From Octopus vulgaris (lineage: Eukaryota), in contig OX597821.1 in the NCBI GenBank assembly GCA_951406725.2, positions 105,834,001 through 105,898,000 on the forward strand: a stretch of 64,000 nt of DNA, given 5' to 3'. Shown here piece after piece: positions 11,801 through 33,344 of this stretch; the stretch's first letter is position 1; every line of letters starts with the position of its first letter. The position numbers and the translations under genes were made by a program. The notes beneath the pieces are model-generated. The model was not told the DNA's origin. It ran no database searches and worked only from the letters and a program-made list of their open reading frames with translations.

Positions 11801-14730
11801 TTGGGTAAAATTTTCGAAATAATTTTGGAAAAATTTTCGGGTAAAATTTTCGGTGAAAATTTCGGAAATGTTTTTGGGTAAAATTTTCGGTGAAAATATT
11901 CGAAAAATATTTGTGTAAAATTTTCGAAAAATTTTTGAGTAAAATTTTCGAAAAATTGGTGAAAATTTTTGGGTAAAATTTTCGGTGAAAATTTTGGAAA
12001 AATTTTTGGGCAAAATCTTTGGTGAAAATTTTGGAAAAATTGCTGGTTAAAATTTTTGGGTAAAATTTTCCGTGAAAATTTTGGAAAAATTTTTGGGTAA
12101 AATCCTCGGTGAAAATTTTCGAAAAATTACTGGTGAAAATTTTTGGGATAAATTTTCTGCGTAAACTTTTGAAAAATTTTTGGGTAAAATCTTCGGTGAA
12201 AATATTGGAAAAATTATTGGTGAAAATTTTTGATAAAATTTTTTGTGAAAACTTTTGAAAAATTTTTGGGTAATATCTTCGGGGAAAATTTTGGAAAAAT
12301 TGTTGCTGAAAATTTTTGGGTAAAATTTTCGAAAAATTTTTGGGTAAAATCTTCGGTGAAAATTTTGGAAAAATTTTCGCGTAAAATTTTCGGTGAAAAT
12401 TTTTGAAATGTTTTTGGGTAAAATTTTCGGTGAAAATATTGGAAAAATTTTTGTGTAAAATCTTCGGTGAAAACTTTCCAAAAACTGTTGGTCAAAATTT
12501 ATGGGTAAAATTTTCGGTGAAAATTTTGGAAAATTTTTGGGTAAATTCTTTGGTGAAAATTTTGGAAAAATTGTTGCATAAAATTTTTCGGTAAAATTTT
12601 CGGTGAAAATTTTGGAAAAATTTTTGGATAAAATCTTCGGTGAAAATTTTCAAAAATTATTGGTGAAAATTTTTGGGTAAAATTTTCGGTGAAAACTTCT
12701 GAAAAATTTGAAAATTTTCAATTCATATTAATCAAAAATTTTTTCAAAATTTTCACAGAAACTTTTACCCAAAAATTTTTCAAAAGTTTTCACAGAAAAT
12801 TTTACCCAAAAATTTTCACCAATAATTTTTCGAAAATTTTCACCGAAGATTTTACCCAAAAATTTTTCCAAAATTCTCACCAACAATTTTTCCAAAATTT
12901 TCACCAAAGATTTTACCCAAATATTTTTCCAAATTTTCACCAAAAATTTTACCCAAAAATTTTAACCAAAATTTTTCGAAAATTTTCACTGAAGATTTTA
13001 CCCAAAAATTTATCGAAAATTTTACCCAAAAATTTTTCAAAAGTGTTCACCGAAAATTTTACCCAAAGTTTTCACGGAAAATTTTCACCAAAGATTTTAT
13101 CCAAAAATTTTTCCAAAATTTTCACCAACAATTTTTCGAAAATTTTCACCGAAGAATTTACCCAAAAATTTTTCAAAAATTTTACACAAAAATTTTTCCA
13201 ATATTTTCACCGAAAATTTTACACAAAAACATTTCCAAAATTTTCACAGAAAATTTTCGAAAATTATTGGTGAAAATTTTTGGGTAAAATTTTCTGTGAA
13301 AACTTTTGAAAATTTTGGGTAAAATTTTCCGTGAAAATTTTGGAAAAATTTTGGGTAAAATCTTCGGTGAAAATTTTTGAAAAATTATTGGTGAAAATTT
13401 TTGGGTAAAATTTTCGGTGAAAACTTTTGAAAAATTTTTGGGTGAAATTTTCGAAAAATTTTTGGGTAAAATCTACGGTGAAAATTTCCGAAAAATTTTT
13501 GGGTAAAATCTACGGTGAAAATTTTCGAAAAATTTTTGGTGAAAATATTTGGGTAAAATTTTCGGTGAAAACTTTCGAAAATTTTCACCGAAAATTTTAA
13601 CCAAAAATTTTTCAAAAATTTTCACGGAACATTTTCACCAAAGATTTTACCCAAAAATTTTTCCGAAATTTTAGCAGAAAATTTTACCCAAAAATTTTTG
13701 AAATGTTTTCTCCGAAAATTTTACCCAAAAATTTTCACCAATAATTTTTCGAAAATTTTCACCGAAGATTTTACCCAAAATTTTTTCCAAAATTTTCACC
13801 AACAATTTCTCGAAAATTTTCACCGAAAATTTTACCCAAAAATTTTCACCAAAATTTTTCGAAAATTTTCACCGAAGATTTTACCCAAAAATTTTTCGAA
13901 AGTTTTACCCAAAAATATTTCAAAAGTTTACACCGAAAATTTTACCCAAAAATCTTCACCAAAATTTTTCGAAAATTTTCATCGAAGATTTTACCCAAAA
14001 ATTTTTCGAAAGTTTTACCCAAAAATTTTTGAAAAGTTTTCACCGAAAATTTTACCTAAAAGCATTTCCAAAATTTTTACCGAAAATTTTACCCGAAAAT
14101 TTTTCTAAAATTTTCACCGAAAATTTTACCCAAAAATTTTGACCAACAATTTTTCGAAAATTTTCACCCAAATATTTTTCAAAAATTTTCACACAAAATT
14201 TTACCCAAAAATTTTTCAAAAGTTTTCATAGAAAATTTTACCAAAAAATTTTCACCAAAAATTTTCACCAAAGATTTTCCCCAAAAATTTTTTCACCGTA
14301 GATTTTACCCAAAAATTTTTCGAAAATTTTACCCAAAAATATTTCAAAAATTTTCACCGATGATTTTACCCAAAAATCTTCGGTGAAAATTTAAAAAAAA
14401 TTTTTGCTGAATATTTTTGGGTAAAATTTTCGAAATAATTTTGGAAAGATTTTCTATGAAAATTTTGGAAAAATTTTCGGTGAAAATTTCGAAATGTTTT
14501 TGGGTAAAATTTTCGGTGAAAATATTCGAAAAATTTTTGTGTAAAATTTTCGAAAAATTTTTGGGTAAAATTTTCGAAAAATTTTTGGGTATAATCTTCG
14601 GTGAAAACTTTCGAAAACTTGGTGAAAATTTTTGGGTAAAATTTTCGGTGAAAATTTTGGAAAAATTTTTGGGCAAAATATTTGGTGAAAATTTTGGAAA
14701 AATTGCTGGTTAAAATTTGTTAACCAGCAA
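8803..14730. repeat. Complex AT-rich satellite block 1 with internal inversions
   Basis: 11-13-bp modules GGTGAAAATTTTC, GAAAAATTTTT, GGGTAAAATTTTC/GGGTAAAATCTTC combined into 37- and 50-bp units. Repeated strand switches. Confidence 0.95.
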
Positions 14731-14831
14731 TATATATATATACATATATATATGTGTATATTTAATTACACACTCACTTGTGTGTATGTATCCATCCATA
14801 TACGCATCCTACATGCGGAGCCATGTATATA

Positions 14832-14872
<41 letters not shown>

Positions 14873-15140
14873 ATGTATATACTTCTGTGTGTGCGTATGC
14901 ATGCGCGCACGAATTGCATTAGGTGGTGCAACTTTTGTACCTCTTCCTCACGTATTAATATAACAATTTCAAATTAAAATTCATTTTCGAACTCATGAAC
15001 ACTCCTTTCCGGAACAGACAGGGAATTCACACACCCAAAAAAAACCATTCAAGTATCCAATTTGTGTTACTTTCCTCGTGTAAAATATTGATGATCGGCA
15101 TTATTTGCTTCTTGTTTTATGCTCAATTAAACTTCTTTGT

Positions 15141-16427
15141 TCACGCTATTCTCGTCTCCATATATAGAAACCTATACATATCTGGAGCCCATGCTTTTTC
15201 CTGTGTTATTTTTAAGGAATTGATTCCCTGTTATGTCTTTCACGCTATTCTCGTCTCCATATATAGAAACCTATACATATCTGGAGCCCATGCTTTTTCC
15301 TGTGTTATTTTTAAGGAATTGATTCCCTGTTATGTCTTTCACGCTATTCTCGTCTCCATATATAGAAACCTATACATATCTGGAGCCCATGCTTTTTCCT
15401 GTGTTATTTTTAAGGAATTGATTCCCTGTTATGTCTTTCACGCTATTCTCGTCTCCATATATAGAAACCTATACATATCTGGAGCCCATGCTTTTTCCTG
15501 TGTTATTTTTAAGGAATTGATTCCCTGTTATGTCTTTCACGCTATTCTCGTCTCCATATATAGAAACCTATACATATCTGGAGCCCATGCTTTTTCCTGT
15601 GTTATTTTTAAGGAATTGATTCCCTGTTATGTCTTTCACGCTATTCTCGTCTCCATATATAGAAACCTATACATATCTGGAGCCCATGCTTTTTCCTGTG
15701 TTATTTTTAAGGAATTGATTCCCTGTTATGTCTTTCACGCTATTCTCGTCTCCATATATAGAAACCTATACATATCTGGAGCCCATGCTTTTTCCTGTGT
15801 TATTTTTAAGGAATTGATTCCCTGTTATGTCTTTCACGCTATTCTCGTCTCCATATATAGAAACCTATACATATCTGGAGCCCATGCTTTTTCCTGTGTT
15901 ATTTTTAAGGAATTGATTCCCTGTTATGTCTTTCACGCTATTCTCGTCTCCATATATAGAAACCTATACATATCTGGAGCCCATGCTTTTTCCTGTGTTA
16001 TTTTTAAGGAATTGATTCCCTGTTATGTCTTTCACGCTATTCTCGTCTCCATATATAGAAACCTATACATATCTGGAGCCCATGCTTTTTCCTGTGTTAT
16101 TTTTAAGGAATTGATTCCCTGTTATGTCTTTCACGCTATTCTCGTCTCCATATATAGAAACCTATACATATCTGGAGCCCATGCTTTTTCCTGTGTTATT
16201 TTTAAGGAATTGATTCCCTGTTATGTCTTTCACGCTATTCTCGTCTCCATATATAGAAACCTATACATATCTGGAGCCCATGCTTTTTCCTGTGTTATTT
16301 TTAAGGAATTGATTCCCTGTTATGTCTTTCACGCTATTCTCGTCTCCATATATAGAAACCTATACATATCTGGAGCCCATGCTTTTTCCTGTGTTATTTT
16401 TAAGGAATTGATTCCCTGTTATGTCTT
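15141..16427. repeat. 99-bp minisatellite, array 2 (13 copies)
   Basis: Units every 99 bp from 15141 to 16329, apparently identical. Confidence 0.97.
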
Positions 16428-16688
16428 CCCTGTTATGTTCGATGTAATATTTATAGTATTTCATATCGTCTGATTATATTGTGAATGCGTGATGTTTCTT
16501 TTTATTATGTCTTGTTTTCTCTGTAATCTTTTACGTTTTTGCACTTCTATACGTGAATTATCTTTACTTGTTCTATCGAAAATCTCTTGAAAACTAAAGA
16601 TACTTTTGCATTCTAAGAAATTTCGTTACGTTATTCATTTATTCACTGTTATTATTGTTGTTGTTGTTAATTGTTGTTATTCTTGTTG

Positions 16689-16738
<50 letters not shown>

Positions 16739-16816
16739 ATTATTATTATTATTATTATTATTATTACTAATAATAATAATAATAATTATTATTATTATTA
16801 ATAATAATTATTATCA

Positions 16817-16853
<37 letters not shown>

Positions 16854-16877
16854 CATTATTATATTTATTATCATTAT

Positions 16878-17290
16878 ACTCTTTACTCTTTTACTCTTTT
16901 ACATGTTTCAGTCATTTGACTACGGCCATGCTGGAGCACCACCTTCAGTCGAGCAAATCGACCCCGGGACTTATTCTTTGTAAGCCCAGTACTTATTCTA
17001 TCGGTCTCTTTTGCCGAACCGCTAAGTGACGGGGACGTAAACATACCAGCATCGGTGGTCAAGCAATGCTAGGGGGACAAACACAAACACACACACACAC
17101 ACATACATATATATATACATATATACGACAGGCTTCTTTCAGTTTCCGTCTACCAAATCCATTCACAAGGCATTGGTCGGCCCGAGGCTATAGCAGAAGA
17201 CACTTGCCCAAGATGCCACGCAGTGGGACTGAACCCGGAACCATGTGGTTGGTTAGCAAGCTACTTACCACACAGCCACTCCTGCGCCTA
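16878..17290 (-). mobile_element. tRNA-derived SINE resembling octopus OR-type SINEs
   Basis: Minus strand has A-box-like TGGCTGTGTGG, B-box-like GGTTCAGTCCC, CORE-like CTTGGGCAAGTGTCTT, internal (TA)/(TG) microsatellite and an AGAGTAAA-like repeated tail. Confidence 0.85.
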
Positions 17291-17314
17291 TATTATTAAT
17301 GATAATAATTATTA

Positions 17315-17406
<92 letters not shown>

Positions 17407-17445
17407 GTTATTATTATTATTATTATTACTATTATTATTATTATT

Positions 17446-18125
17446 CAGTAGTTTTATAGCGTGCTTTCACTTCACTACCGAGCGCAGCTCTGTGTGCCTT
17501 GGGTATGAGCTGTAATTTGTTGTGATGCTCTGATGGTTATTGTATGGAAAGTGTTCTGCGTAGGATGTGTGCAGTGCCTAGTAGTGCAATTTTCTGTATG
17601 TTATATGTGTTTGTAAGTCCTGGTGTTCTTGTTATGTATTTGTCTGAATATTTTTTTATCATGCCTAATGCACCTACTATGATAGGAATTGTTTCTGTTT
17701 TTAGATTCCACATTCTGGTTACCTCCATTTCCAGGTCTTTGTATTTTGAGAGTTTCTCCATTTCTTTTAGAGACACGTTGTCATCTGCCGGTATTGATAC
17801 ATCAAATAGAAAACATTTTTTTCTTCATGATCTCTGACAACTATATCTGGTCTGTTGGCCTTAATTTCTCTATCTGTGTGTATCGGCATATCCCAAAGTA
17901 TGGTTGCTTTCTCGTTTTATGTGACCTTTTCTGGTGTGTGCCTATACCATCTTTTTTCTGTTGTTATTTCATAATGTTGGCATAGCTTCCAGTGTATGTA
18001 GGTTCCAACTCTGTCATGTCTGTGAATATATTCCTTCTTAGCCAGGTCTGGGCAGCCAGAGATAATATGATTTATTGTTTCTTGTCCATCTCCACATATT
18101 CTGCAGTTACTTGTTATATTTCTAA
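17446..18125 (-). mobile_element. Family B truncated RLE element, copy 2
   Basis: Near-identical to 3158-3836; ORF pieces 17537-17776 and 17917-18249. Confidence 0.9.
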
Positions 18126-18158
18126 AAAAGAAATTATTATCATTATTATTATTATTAC

Positions 18159-22165
<4,007 letters not shown>

Positions 22166-22433
22166 GACGTTCCATATTATACAATATCGTGAATTTATAC
22201 CGGGGGATTTTTACTGTTTGAAAATTCACAAAAAGAACCTCAGACAGATAGTTCTTTACGCAGTATGCATGCATTTAGCCGACTTTTGTAATTCATCTAG
22301 ACTGAATGGTTTCTCTAAGATTTTCAGACGTATTTTTTTTTTCAGATTGGGTGCTATTGAACCTAGTGTTCCGGTGACAATAGGGATAACCTTAATGTTC
22401 GCCTCCTGTACCTGGCACATCTTAGCGATCTTT
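22166..22433 (-). mobile_element. Family C 3' remnant, copy 2
   Basis: Near-identical to 8533-8802. Confidence 0.75.
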
Positions 22434-25000
22434 GCTGAAAATTTTGGAAAAATTGTTGGTGGAAATTTTTGGGTAAAATTTTCCGTGAAAATTTTCCAAA
22501 AATTTTCGGGTAAAATCTTCGGTGAAAATTTTCGAAAAATTATTGCTGAAAATTTTTGGGCAAAATTTTCTGTGAAAACTTTGAAAAATTTTTGAAAAAT
22601 TTTCGAAAATTTTGGGGTGAAAATTTTCTTATTGGTGAAAATTTTGGTAAAATTTTCGAAAACATTTGAAAATTTTTGGGTAAAATTTTCGAAACTTTGA
22701 AAATTTTCGAAAATTATTCATGAAAATTTTTGTGTAAAATTTTCTGCGAAAATTATTCGAAAATTTTTGGGTAAAATTTTCTGGAAAATTTTCGTTAAAT
22801 CTTCGGTGAAAATTTTCGAAAAATTATTGGGGAAATTTTGGGAAAATTTTCTGTGAAAACTTTTGAAAAATGTTTGGGTAAAATTTTCTGTGAAAATTTT
22901 GGAAAAATTTTTGGGTAAAATTTTCTGTGAAAACTTTCGAAAAATTTTTGGGTAAAAGTTTTGGTTAAAATTTTCGGTGAAAATTTTGGAAATATTTTCG
23001 GGTAAAATTTTCGGTGAAAATTTTGGAAATGTTTTTGGGTAAAATTTTCGGTGAATACGTTTGAAAAATTTTTGTGTAAAATTTTCTAAAAATTTTTGGG
23101 TAAAATCTTTGGTGAAAATTTTCGAAAAATTGTTGGTGAAAATTTTCGGAAAATTTTTGGGTAAAATCTTTGGTGAAAATTTTTGGGTAAAATTTTCGAA
23201 ATAATTTTGGGAAAATTTTCTGTGAAAATTTTGGAAAAATTTTTGGGTAAAATCTTTGGTCAAAATTTTGGAAAAATTGTTGGAAATAATTTTGGGAAAA
23301 TTTTCTGTGAAAATTTTGGAAGAATTTTTGGGAAAAATCTTTGGTCAAAATTTTGGAAAAATTGTTGGTGAAAATTTTTCGGTAAAATTTTCGAAAAATT
23401 TTTGGGTAAATTCTTCGGTGAAAATTGTTCGAAAAATTATTGGTGAAAATTTTGGGGTAAAATGTTCGAAATAATTTTGGGGAAATTTTGGAAAAATTTT
23501 TGGGTAAAACCTTCGGTGAAAATTTTCGAAAAATTATTGGTGAAAATTTTTGGTTAAAATTTTCATTGAAATATTTTTGGGGAAAATTTTCCGGGAAGAA
23601 AATTTTCGAAAAATATTTTACACAAAAATTTTTCCAATATTTTCACCCAAAATTTTACCCAAAAACATTTCCAAAATTATCACCGAAAATTTTACCCGAA
23701 GATTTTTCCTAACTTTTCACCGAAAATTTTACCCAAAAATTTTGACCCACAATTTTCGAAAATTTTCACCGAAGATTTTACCCAAAAAAATTTCCAAAAT
23801 TTTACCCAAAAATTTTCACCAATAATTTTTCGAAAATTTTCCCGAAGATTTTACACAAAAATTTTTCGAAAATTTTCACCGAAAATTTTACTCAAAAACA
23901 TTTCCAAAATTATCACCGAAAATTTTACCCGAAGATTTTTCCTAATTTTCACCGACAGAAAATTTTACCCAAAAATTTTGACCCACAATTTTCGAAAATT
24001 TTCACCGAAGATTTTACCCAAAAATTTTTCGAAAATTTTACCCAAAAATTTTCACCAATAATTTTTCGAAAATTTTCCCCGAAGATTTTACCCAAAAATT
24101 TTTCAAAAATTTTCACAGAAAATTTTACCCAAAAATTTTTCAAAAGTTTTCACAGAAAATTTTACCCAAAAATTTTTCAAAAGTTTTCACAGAAAATTTT
24201 ACCCGAAAATTTTACCCAACAATTTTTCGAAAATTTTCACCGAAAATTTTACCCAAACATTTTTCAAAAGATTTCACCGAAAATTTTATCCAAAAATTTT
24301 CACCGAAGATTTTACCCAAAAATTATTCCGAAATTTTCACCAACAATTTTTCCACAATTTTCACCAAAGATTTTACCCAAAAATTTTTCAAAAGTTTTCA
24401 CCGAAAATTTTACCCCAAAATTTTCACCAATAATTCTTCGAAAATTTTCACCGAAGATTTTACCCAAAAATTTTCACCAATAATTTTTGGAAAATTTTCA
24501 CCGAAGATTTTACCCAAAAATTTTCAGCAAAAATTTTTCCAAAATTTTCACCAAAGATTTTACCCAAGAATTTTTCAAAAGTTTTCACCGAAAATTTTAC
24601 CCAAAAATTTTCACCAATAATTATTCGAAAATTTTCGCCGAAGATTTTACCCCAAAATTTTTCCGGAATTTTCACAGAAAATTTTACCCAAAAATTTTCA
24701 CCAATAATTTTTCGAAAATTTTCCCCGAAGATTTTACCCAAAAATTTTTCAGAAATTTTCATAGAAAATTTTACCCAAAAATTTTCACCAACAATTTTTC
24801 GAAAATTTTCACCAAATTTTTTGGAATGATTTTCACCGAAGATTTTACCCAAAAATTTTCACCAAAAATTTTTCCAAAATTTTCACAGAAAATTTTACCC
24901 AAAAATTTTTCAAAAGTTTTCACCAAAAATTTTGCCCAAAAATTTTCACCAATAATTCTTCGAAAATTTTCACCGAAGATTTTACCCAAAAATTTTACCC
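22434..25000. repeat. AT-rich satellite block 2
   Basis: Same modules; G-rich strand is + until about 23610, then reversed. Confidence 0.95.
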
Positions 25001-25535
25001 AATTTTCTGTATGTTATAGGTGTTTGTAAGTCCTGGTGTTCTTGTTATGTATTTGTCTGAATATTTTTTTATCATGCCTAATGCACCTACTATGATAGGA
25101 ATTGTTTCTGTTTTTAGATTCCACATTCTGGTTACCTCCATTTCCAGGTCTTTGTATTTTGAGAGTTTCTCCATTTCTTTTAGAGACACGTTGTCATCTG
25201 CCGGTATTGATACATCAAATAGAAAACATTTTTTTCTTCATGATCTCTGACAACTATATCTGGTCTGTTGGCCTTAATTTCTCTATCTGTGTGTATCGGC
25301 ATATCCCAAAGTATGGTTGCTTTCTCGTTTTATGTGACCTTTTCTGGTGTGTGCCTATACCATCTTTTTTCTGTTGTTATTTCATAATGTTGGCATAGCT
25401 TCCAGTGTATGTAGGTTCCAACTCTGTCATGTCTGTGAATATATTCCTTCTTAGCCAGGTCTGGGCAGCCAGAGATAATATGATTTATTGTTTCTTGTCC
25501 ATCTCCACATATTCTGCAGTTACTTGTTATATTTC
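25001..25535 (-). mobile_element. Family B remnant, copy 3 (3' end replaced by satellite)
   Basis: Matches 17588-18125; ORF 24995-25189 ends NIQKIG at the satellite junction. Confidence 0.88.
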
Positions 25536-25570
25536 TAAAAAGAAATTATTATCATTATTATTATTATTAC

Positions 25571-29580
<4,010 letters not shown>

Positions 29581-29598
29581 ATTATTATTATTATTATA

Positions 29599-29867
29599 GA
29601 CGTTCCATATTATACAATATCGTGAATTTATACCGGGGGATTTTTACTGTTTGAAAATTCACAAAAAGAACCTCAGACAGATAGTTCTTTACGCAGTATG
29701 CATGCATTTAGCCGATTTTGCAATTCATCTAGACTGAATGGTTTCTCTAAGATTTTCAGACGTGTTTTTTTTTTTTCAGATTGGGTGCTATTGAACCTAG
29801 TGTTCCGGTGACAATAGGGATAACCTTAATGTTCGCCTCCTGTACCTGGCACATCTTAGTGATCTTT
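29599..29867 (-). mobile_element. Family C 3' remnant, copy 3
   Basis: Near-identical to 8533-8802. Confidence 0.75.
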
Positions 29868-32800
29868 GCTGAAAATTTTGGAAAAATTGTTGGTGGAAAT
29901 TTTTGGGTAAAATTTTCCGCGAAAATTTTCCAAAATTTTCGGGTAAAATCTTCGGTGAAAATTTTCGAAAAATTATTGCTGAAAATTTTTGGGTAAAATT
30001 TTCTGTGAAAAGTTTTGAAAAATTTTTGGGTAAAATTTTCTGTGAAAATTTTGGAAAATTTTTGGGTAAAATCTTCGGTGAAAATTTTCGAAAAATTATT
30101 GGTGAAAATTTTTGGGTAAAATTTTCGGTGAAAATTTTGGAAAAATTTTGGGTAAAATCTTCGGTGATAATTTTCGAAAAATTATTGGTGAAAATTTTTG
30201 GTTAAAATTTTCGGAAAACATTTGAAAATTTTTGGGTAAAATTTTCAGAAAATTTTGGAAAAATTTTGGGTAAAATCTTCGGTGAAAATTTTCGAAAATT
30301 ATTGGTGAAAATTTTTGGTGGTGAAAATTTTGGAAAAATTTTTGGGTAAAATCTTCGGTGATAATTTTCGAAAATTATTGAAAATTTTTGGGTAAAATTT
30401 TCTGTGAAAACATTTGAAAAATTTTTGGGTAAAATTTTCAGAAAATTTTGGAAAATTTTTGTGTAAAATCTTCGGTCAAAATTTTCGAAAAATTATTGGT
30501 GAAAATTTTTGGGTAAAATTTTCGGTGAAAATTTTTGTGAAAAATTTTTTTTCGAAAAATTATTCATGAAAAAGTTTTGGGTAAAATTTTCTGTGAAAAT
30601 TTTCGAAAATTTTTGGGTAAAATCTTCGGTGAAAATTTTCGAAAGATTATTGGTGAAAATTTTGGGGTAAAATTTTCGGTGAAAACTTTGAAATTTTTGG
30701 GTAAAATTTTTTTTGGGTAAAATTTTCGGTGAAAATTTTGGAAAAAAAATTTTCGGTGTACGTTTGAAAATTTTTTGTGTAAAATTTTCTGAAAATTTTT
30801 GGGTAAAATTTTGAAAATTTTTCGAAAATTGTTGGTGAAAATTTTCGAAAAATTTTTGGGTAAAATCTTCGGTGAAAATTTTCGAAAATTGTTGGTGAAA
30901 ATTTTTGGCAAAATTTTCGAAATAATTTTGGGAAAATTTTCTGGGAATATTTTGGAAAATTTTCTCTTGGTCAAAATTTTGGAAAATTGTTGGAAAAATT
31001 TTTGGGAAAATCTTCGGTGAAAATTTTGGAAGAATTTTGTGGAAAATTTTGGTCAAAATTTTGGAAAATTTTGGTGAAAATTTTGAAAATTTTCGAAAAA
31101 TTTTGGGTAAATTTTCGGTGAAAATTTCGAAAAATTTTGGTGAAAATTTTGGGGTGAAAATTTCGAAACAATTTTGGGGAAATTTTGGAAAAATTTTTGG
31201 GTAAAATTTTCGGTGAAAATTTTCGAAAAATTTTTTTGGCAAACTTGGTGAAAATTTTTGGTAATTTTTCGAAAATTTTTGCAACTTCGGTGAAAATTTT
31301 TGAAAAGTTTTTGGTAAAATTTTCGAAAAATTTTTGGGTAAAATCTTTTGGTGAAAATTTTGTAAAAATTATTGGTGAAAATTTTTGGTTAAAATTTTCC
31401 TTGAAAAATTTTTGGGGAAAATTTTCCGGTTTTCGAAAATTTTTGGGTAAAATTTTCGGTGAAAATTTTTGAAAATTTTTGGGTAAAATTTTCGAAAAAT
31501 TTTTGGGTAAAATTTTCGGTGAAAATTTTGGAAAAATTTTGGTGAAAATTTTTGGTTAAAATTTTCCTTCAAAAATTTTGGGAAAATTTTCGGAAAAATT
31601 TTCAAAAATTTTTGGGTAAAATTATCGCTGAAAATTTTCAAAAATTATTGCTGAAAATTTTGGAAAATTTTCGAAAATTTTTGGGTAAATTTTCGAAAAA
31701 TTTTTGGGTAAAATTCTTCGGTCTAAATTTTGGAAAAATTGTTGGTGAAAATTTTTGGGTAAAATTTTCGAAAAATTTTGGGTAAAATCTTCGGTCAAAA
31801 TTTTCGAAAAATTATTGTTGAAAATTTTTGGTTAAAATTTTCATTGAAAATTTTTGGGAAAATTTTCCCTGGAAAAATTTTCGAAAAATTTTTGGGTAAA
31901 ATTTTCGGTGAAAATTTTGAAAAATTTTTGGGTAAAATTTTCGAAAAATTTTTGGGTAAGATCTTCGGTGAAAATTTTGTAAAAATTATTGGTGAAAATT
32001 TTTGGTTAAAATTTTCCTTGAAAATTTTTGGGGAAATTTTCCGGGAAAATTTTCGAAAAATTTTTGGGTAAAATTTTCGGTGAAAACTTTTGAAAAATTT
32101 TTGGGTAAAATTTTCGAAAATTTTTGGGTAAAATCTTCGGTGAAAATTTTGGAAAAATTATTGGTGAAATTTTTGGTTAAAATTTTCCTTCAAAAATTTT
32201 TGGGAGAAATTTTCTGGAAAAATTTTCAAAAAATTTTGGGTAAAATTTTCGCTGAAAATTTTCAAAAAATTATTGCTGAAAATTTTTGGGTAAAATTTTC
32301 GAAATAATTTTGGGGAAATTTTGGAAAAATTTTTGGGTAAAATCTTCGGTCTAAATTTTGGAAAAATTGTTGGTGAAAATTTTTGGGTAAAATTTTCGAA
32401 AAAGTTTTGGGTAAAATCTTCGGTCAAAATTTTCGAAAAATTATTGTTGAAAATTTTTGGTTAAAATTTTCATTGAAATATTTTTGGGGAAAATTTTCCT
32501 GAAAAAATTTTCGCAAAATTTTGGGTAAAATTTTCGGTGAAAACTTTTGAAAAATTTTTGGGTAAAATTTTCGAAAATTTTTGGGTAAGATCTTCGGTGA
32601 AAATTTTGTAAAAATTATTGGTGAAAATTTTTGGTTAAAATTTTCCTTGAAAAATTTTTTGGGGAATATTTTCCGGGAAAAATTTTCGAAAAATTTTTGG
32701 GTAAAATTTTCGGTGAAAACTTTTGAAAAATTTTTGGGTAAAATTTTCGAAAAATTTTTGGGTAAAATTTTCAGGTGAAAATTTTGAAAATATTATTGGT

Positions 32801-33335
32801 GAATATTTTTGGTTAAAATTTTCCTTCAAAATTTTTGGGAGAAATTTTCTGGAAAATTTTCAAAAAATTTTTTGGGTAAAATTTTCGCTGAAAATTTTCA
32901 AAAATTATTGCTGAAAATTTTGGGTAAAATTTTCGAAATAATTTTGGGAAATTTTGGAAAATTTTTGGGTAAAATCTTCGGTCTAAATTTTGGTAAAATT
33001 GTTGGTGAAAATTTTTGGGTAAAATTTTCGAAAAATTTTTGTGTAAAATCTTCGGTGAAAATTTTGGAAAAATTGTTGGGTAAAATTTTCGGGTAAAATT
33101 TTCGGTGAAAATTTTGGAAATGTTTTTGGGTAAAAATTGTTGGTGAAAATTTTGGGTAAAATTTTCGAAAATTTTTTGCGTAAAATCTTCGGTGAAAATT
33201 TTCGAAAAATTGTTGGTCAAAATTTTGGGTAAAATTTTCGGTGAAAATTTTGGAAAAATTTTCGGGTAAAATTTTGGAAATGTTTTTGGGTAAAATTTTC
33301 GGTGAAAATATTGGAAAAATTTTTGTGTAAAAAAA
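29868..33335. repeat. AT-rich satellite block 3 (partly degraded)
   Basis: Same modules; indel-rich about 30480-31700. Confidence 0.93.
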
Positions 33336-33344
33336 AGCCTCTCG

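Noticed and set aside
15141-16427. CRISPR-like array
   Set aside because: Units are contiguous and identical with no unique spacers; no cas genes; eukaryotic context.
14995-16473. 492-aa (and 553-aa at 38466) repeat-protein ORFs
   Set aside because: Open only because the unit is 99 bp with no stop in one frame. Array 1 has frameshifts, starts differ between copies and there is almost no divergence to show coding constraint.
17215-17290. tRNA gene
   Set aside because: A/B boxes belong to the SINE head; no complete cloverleaf, and it continues into SINE body and tail.
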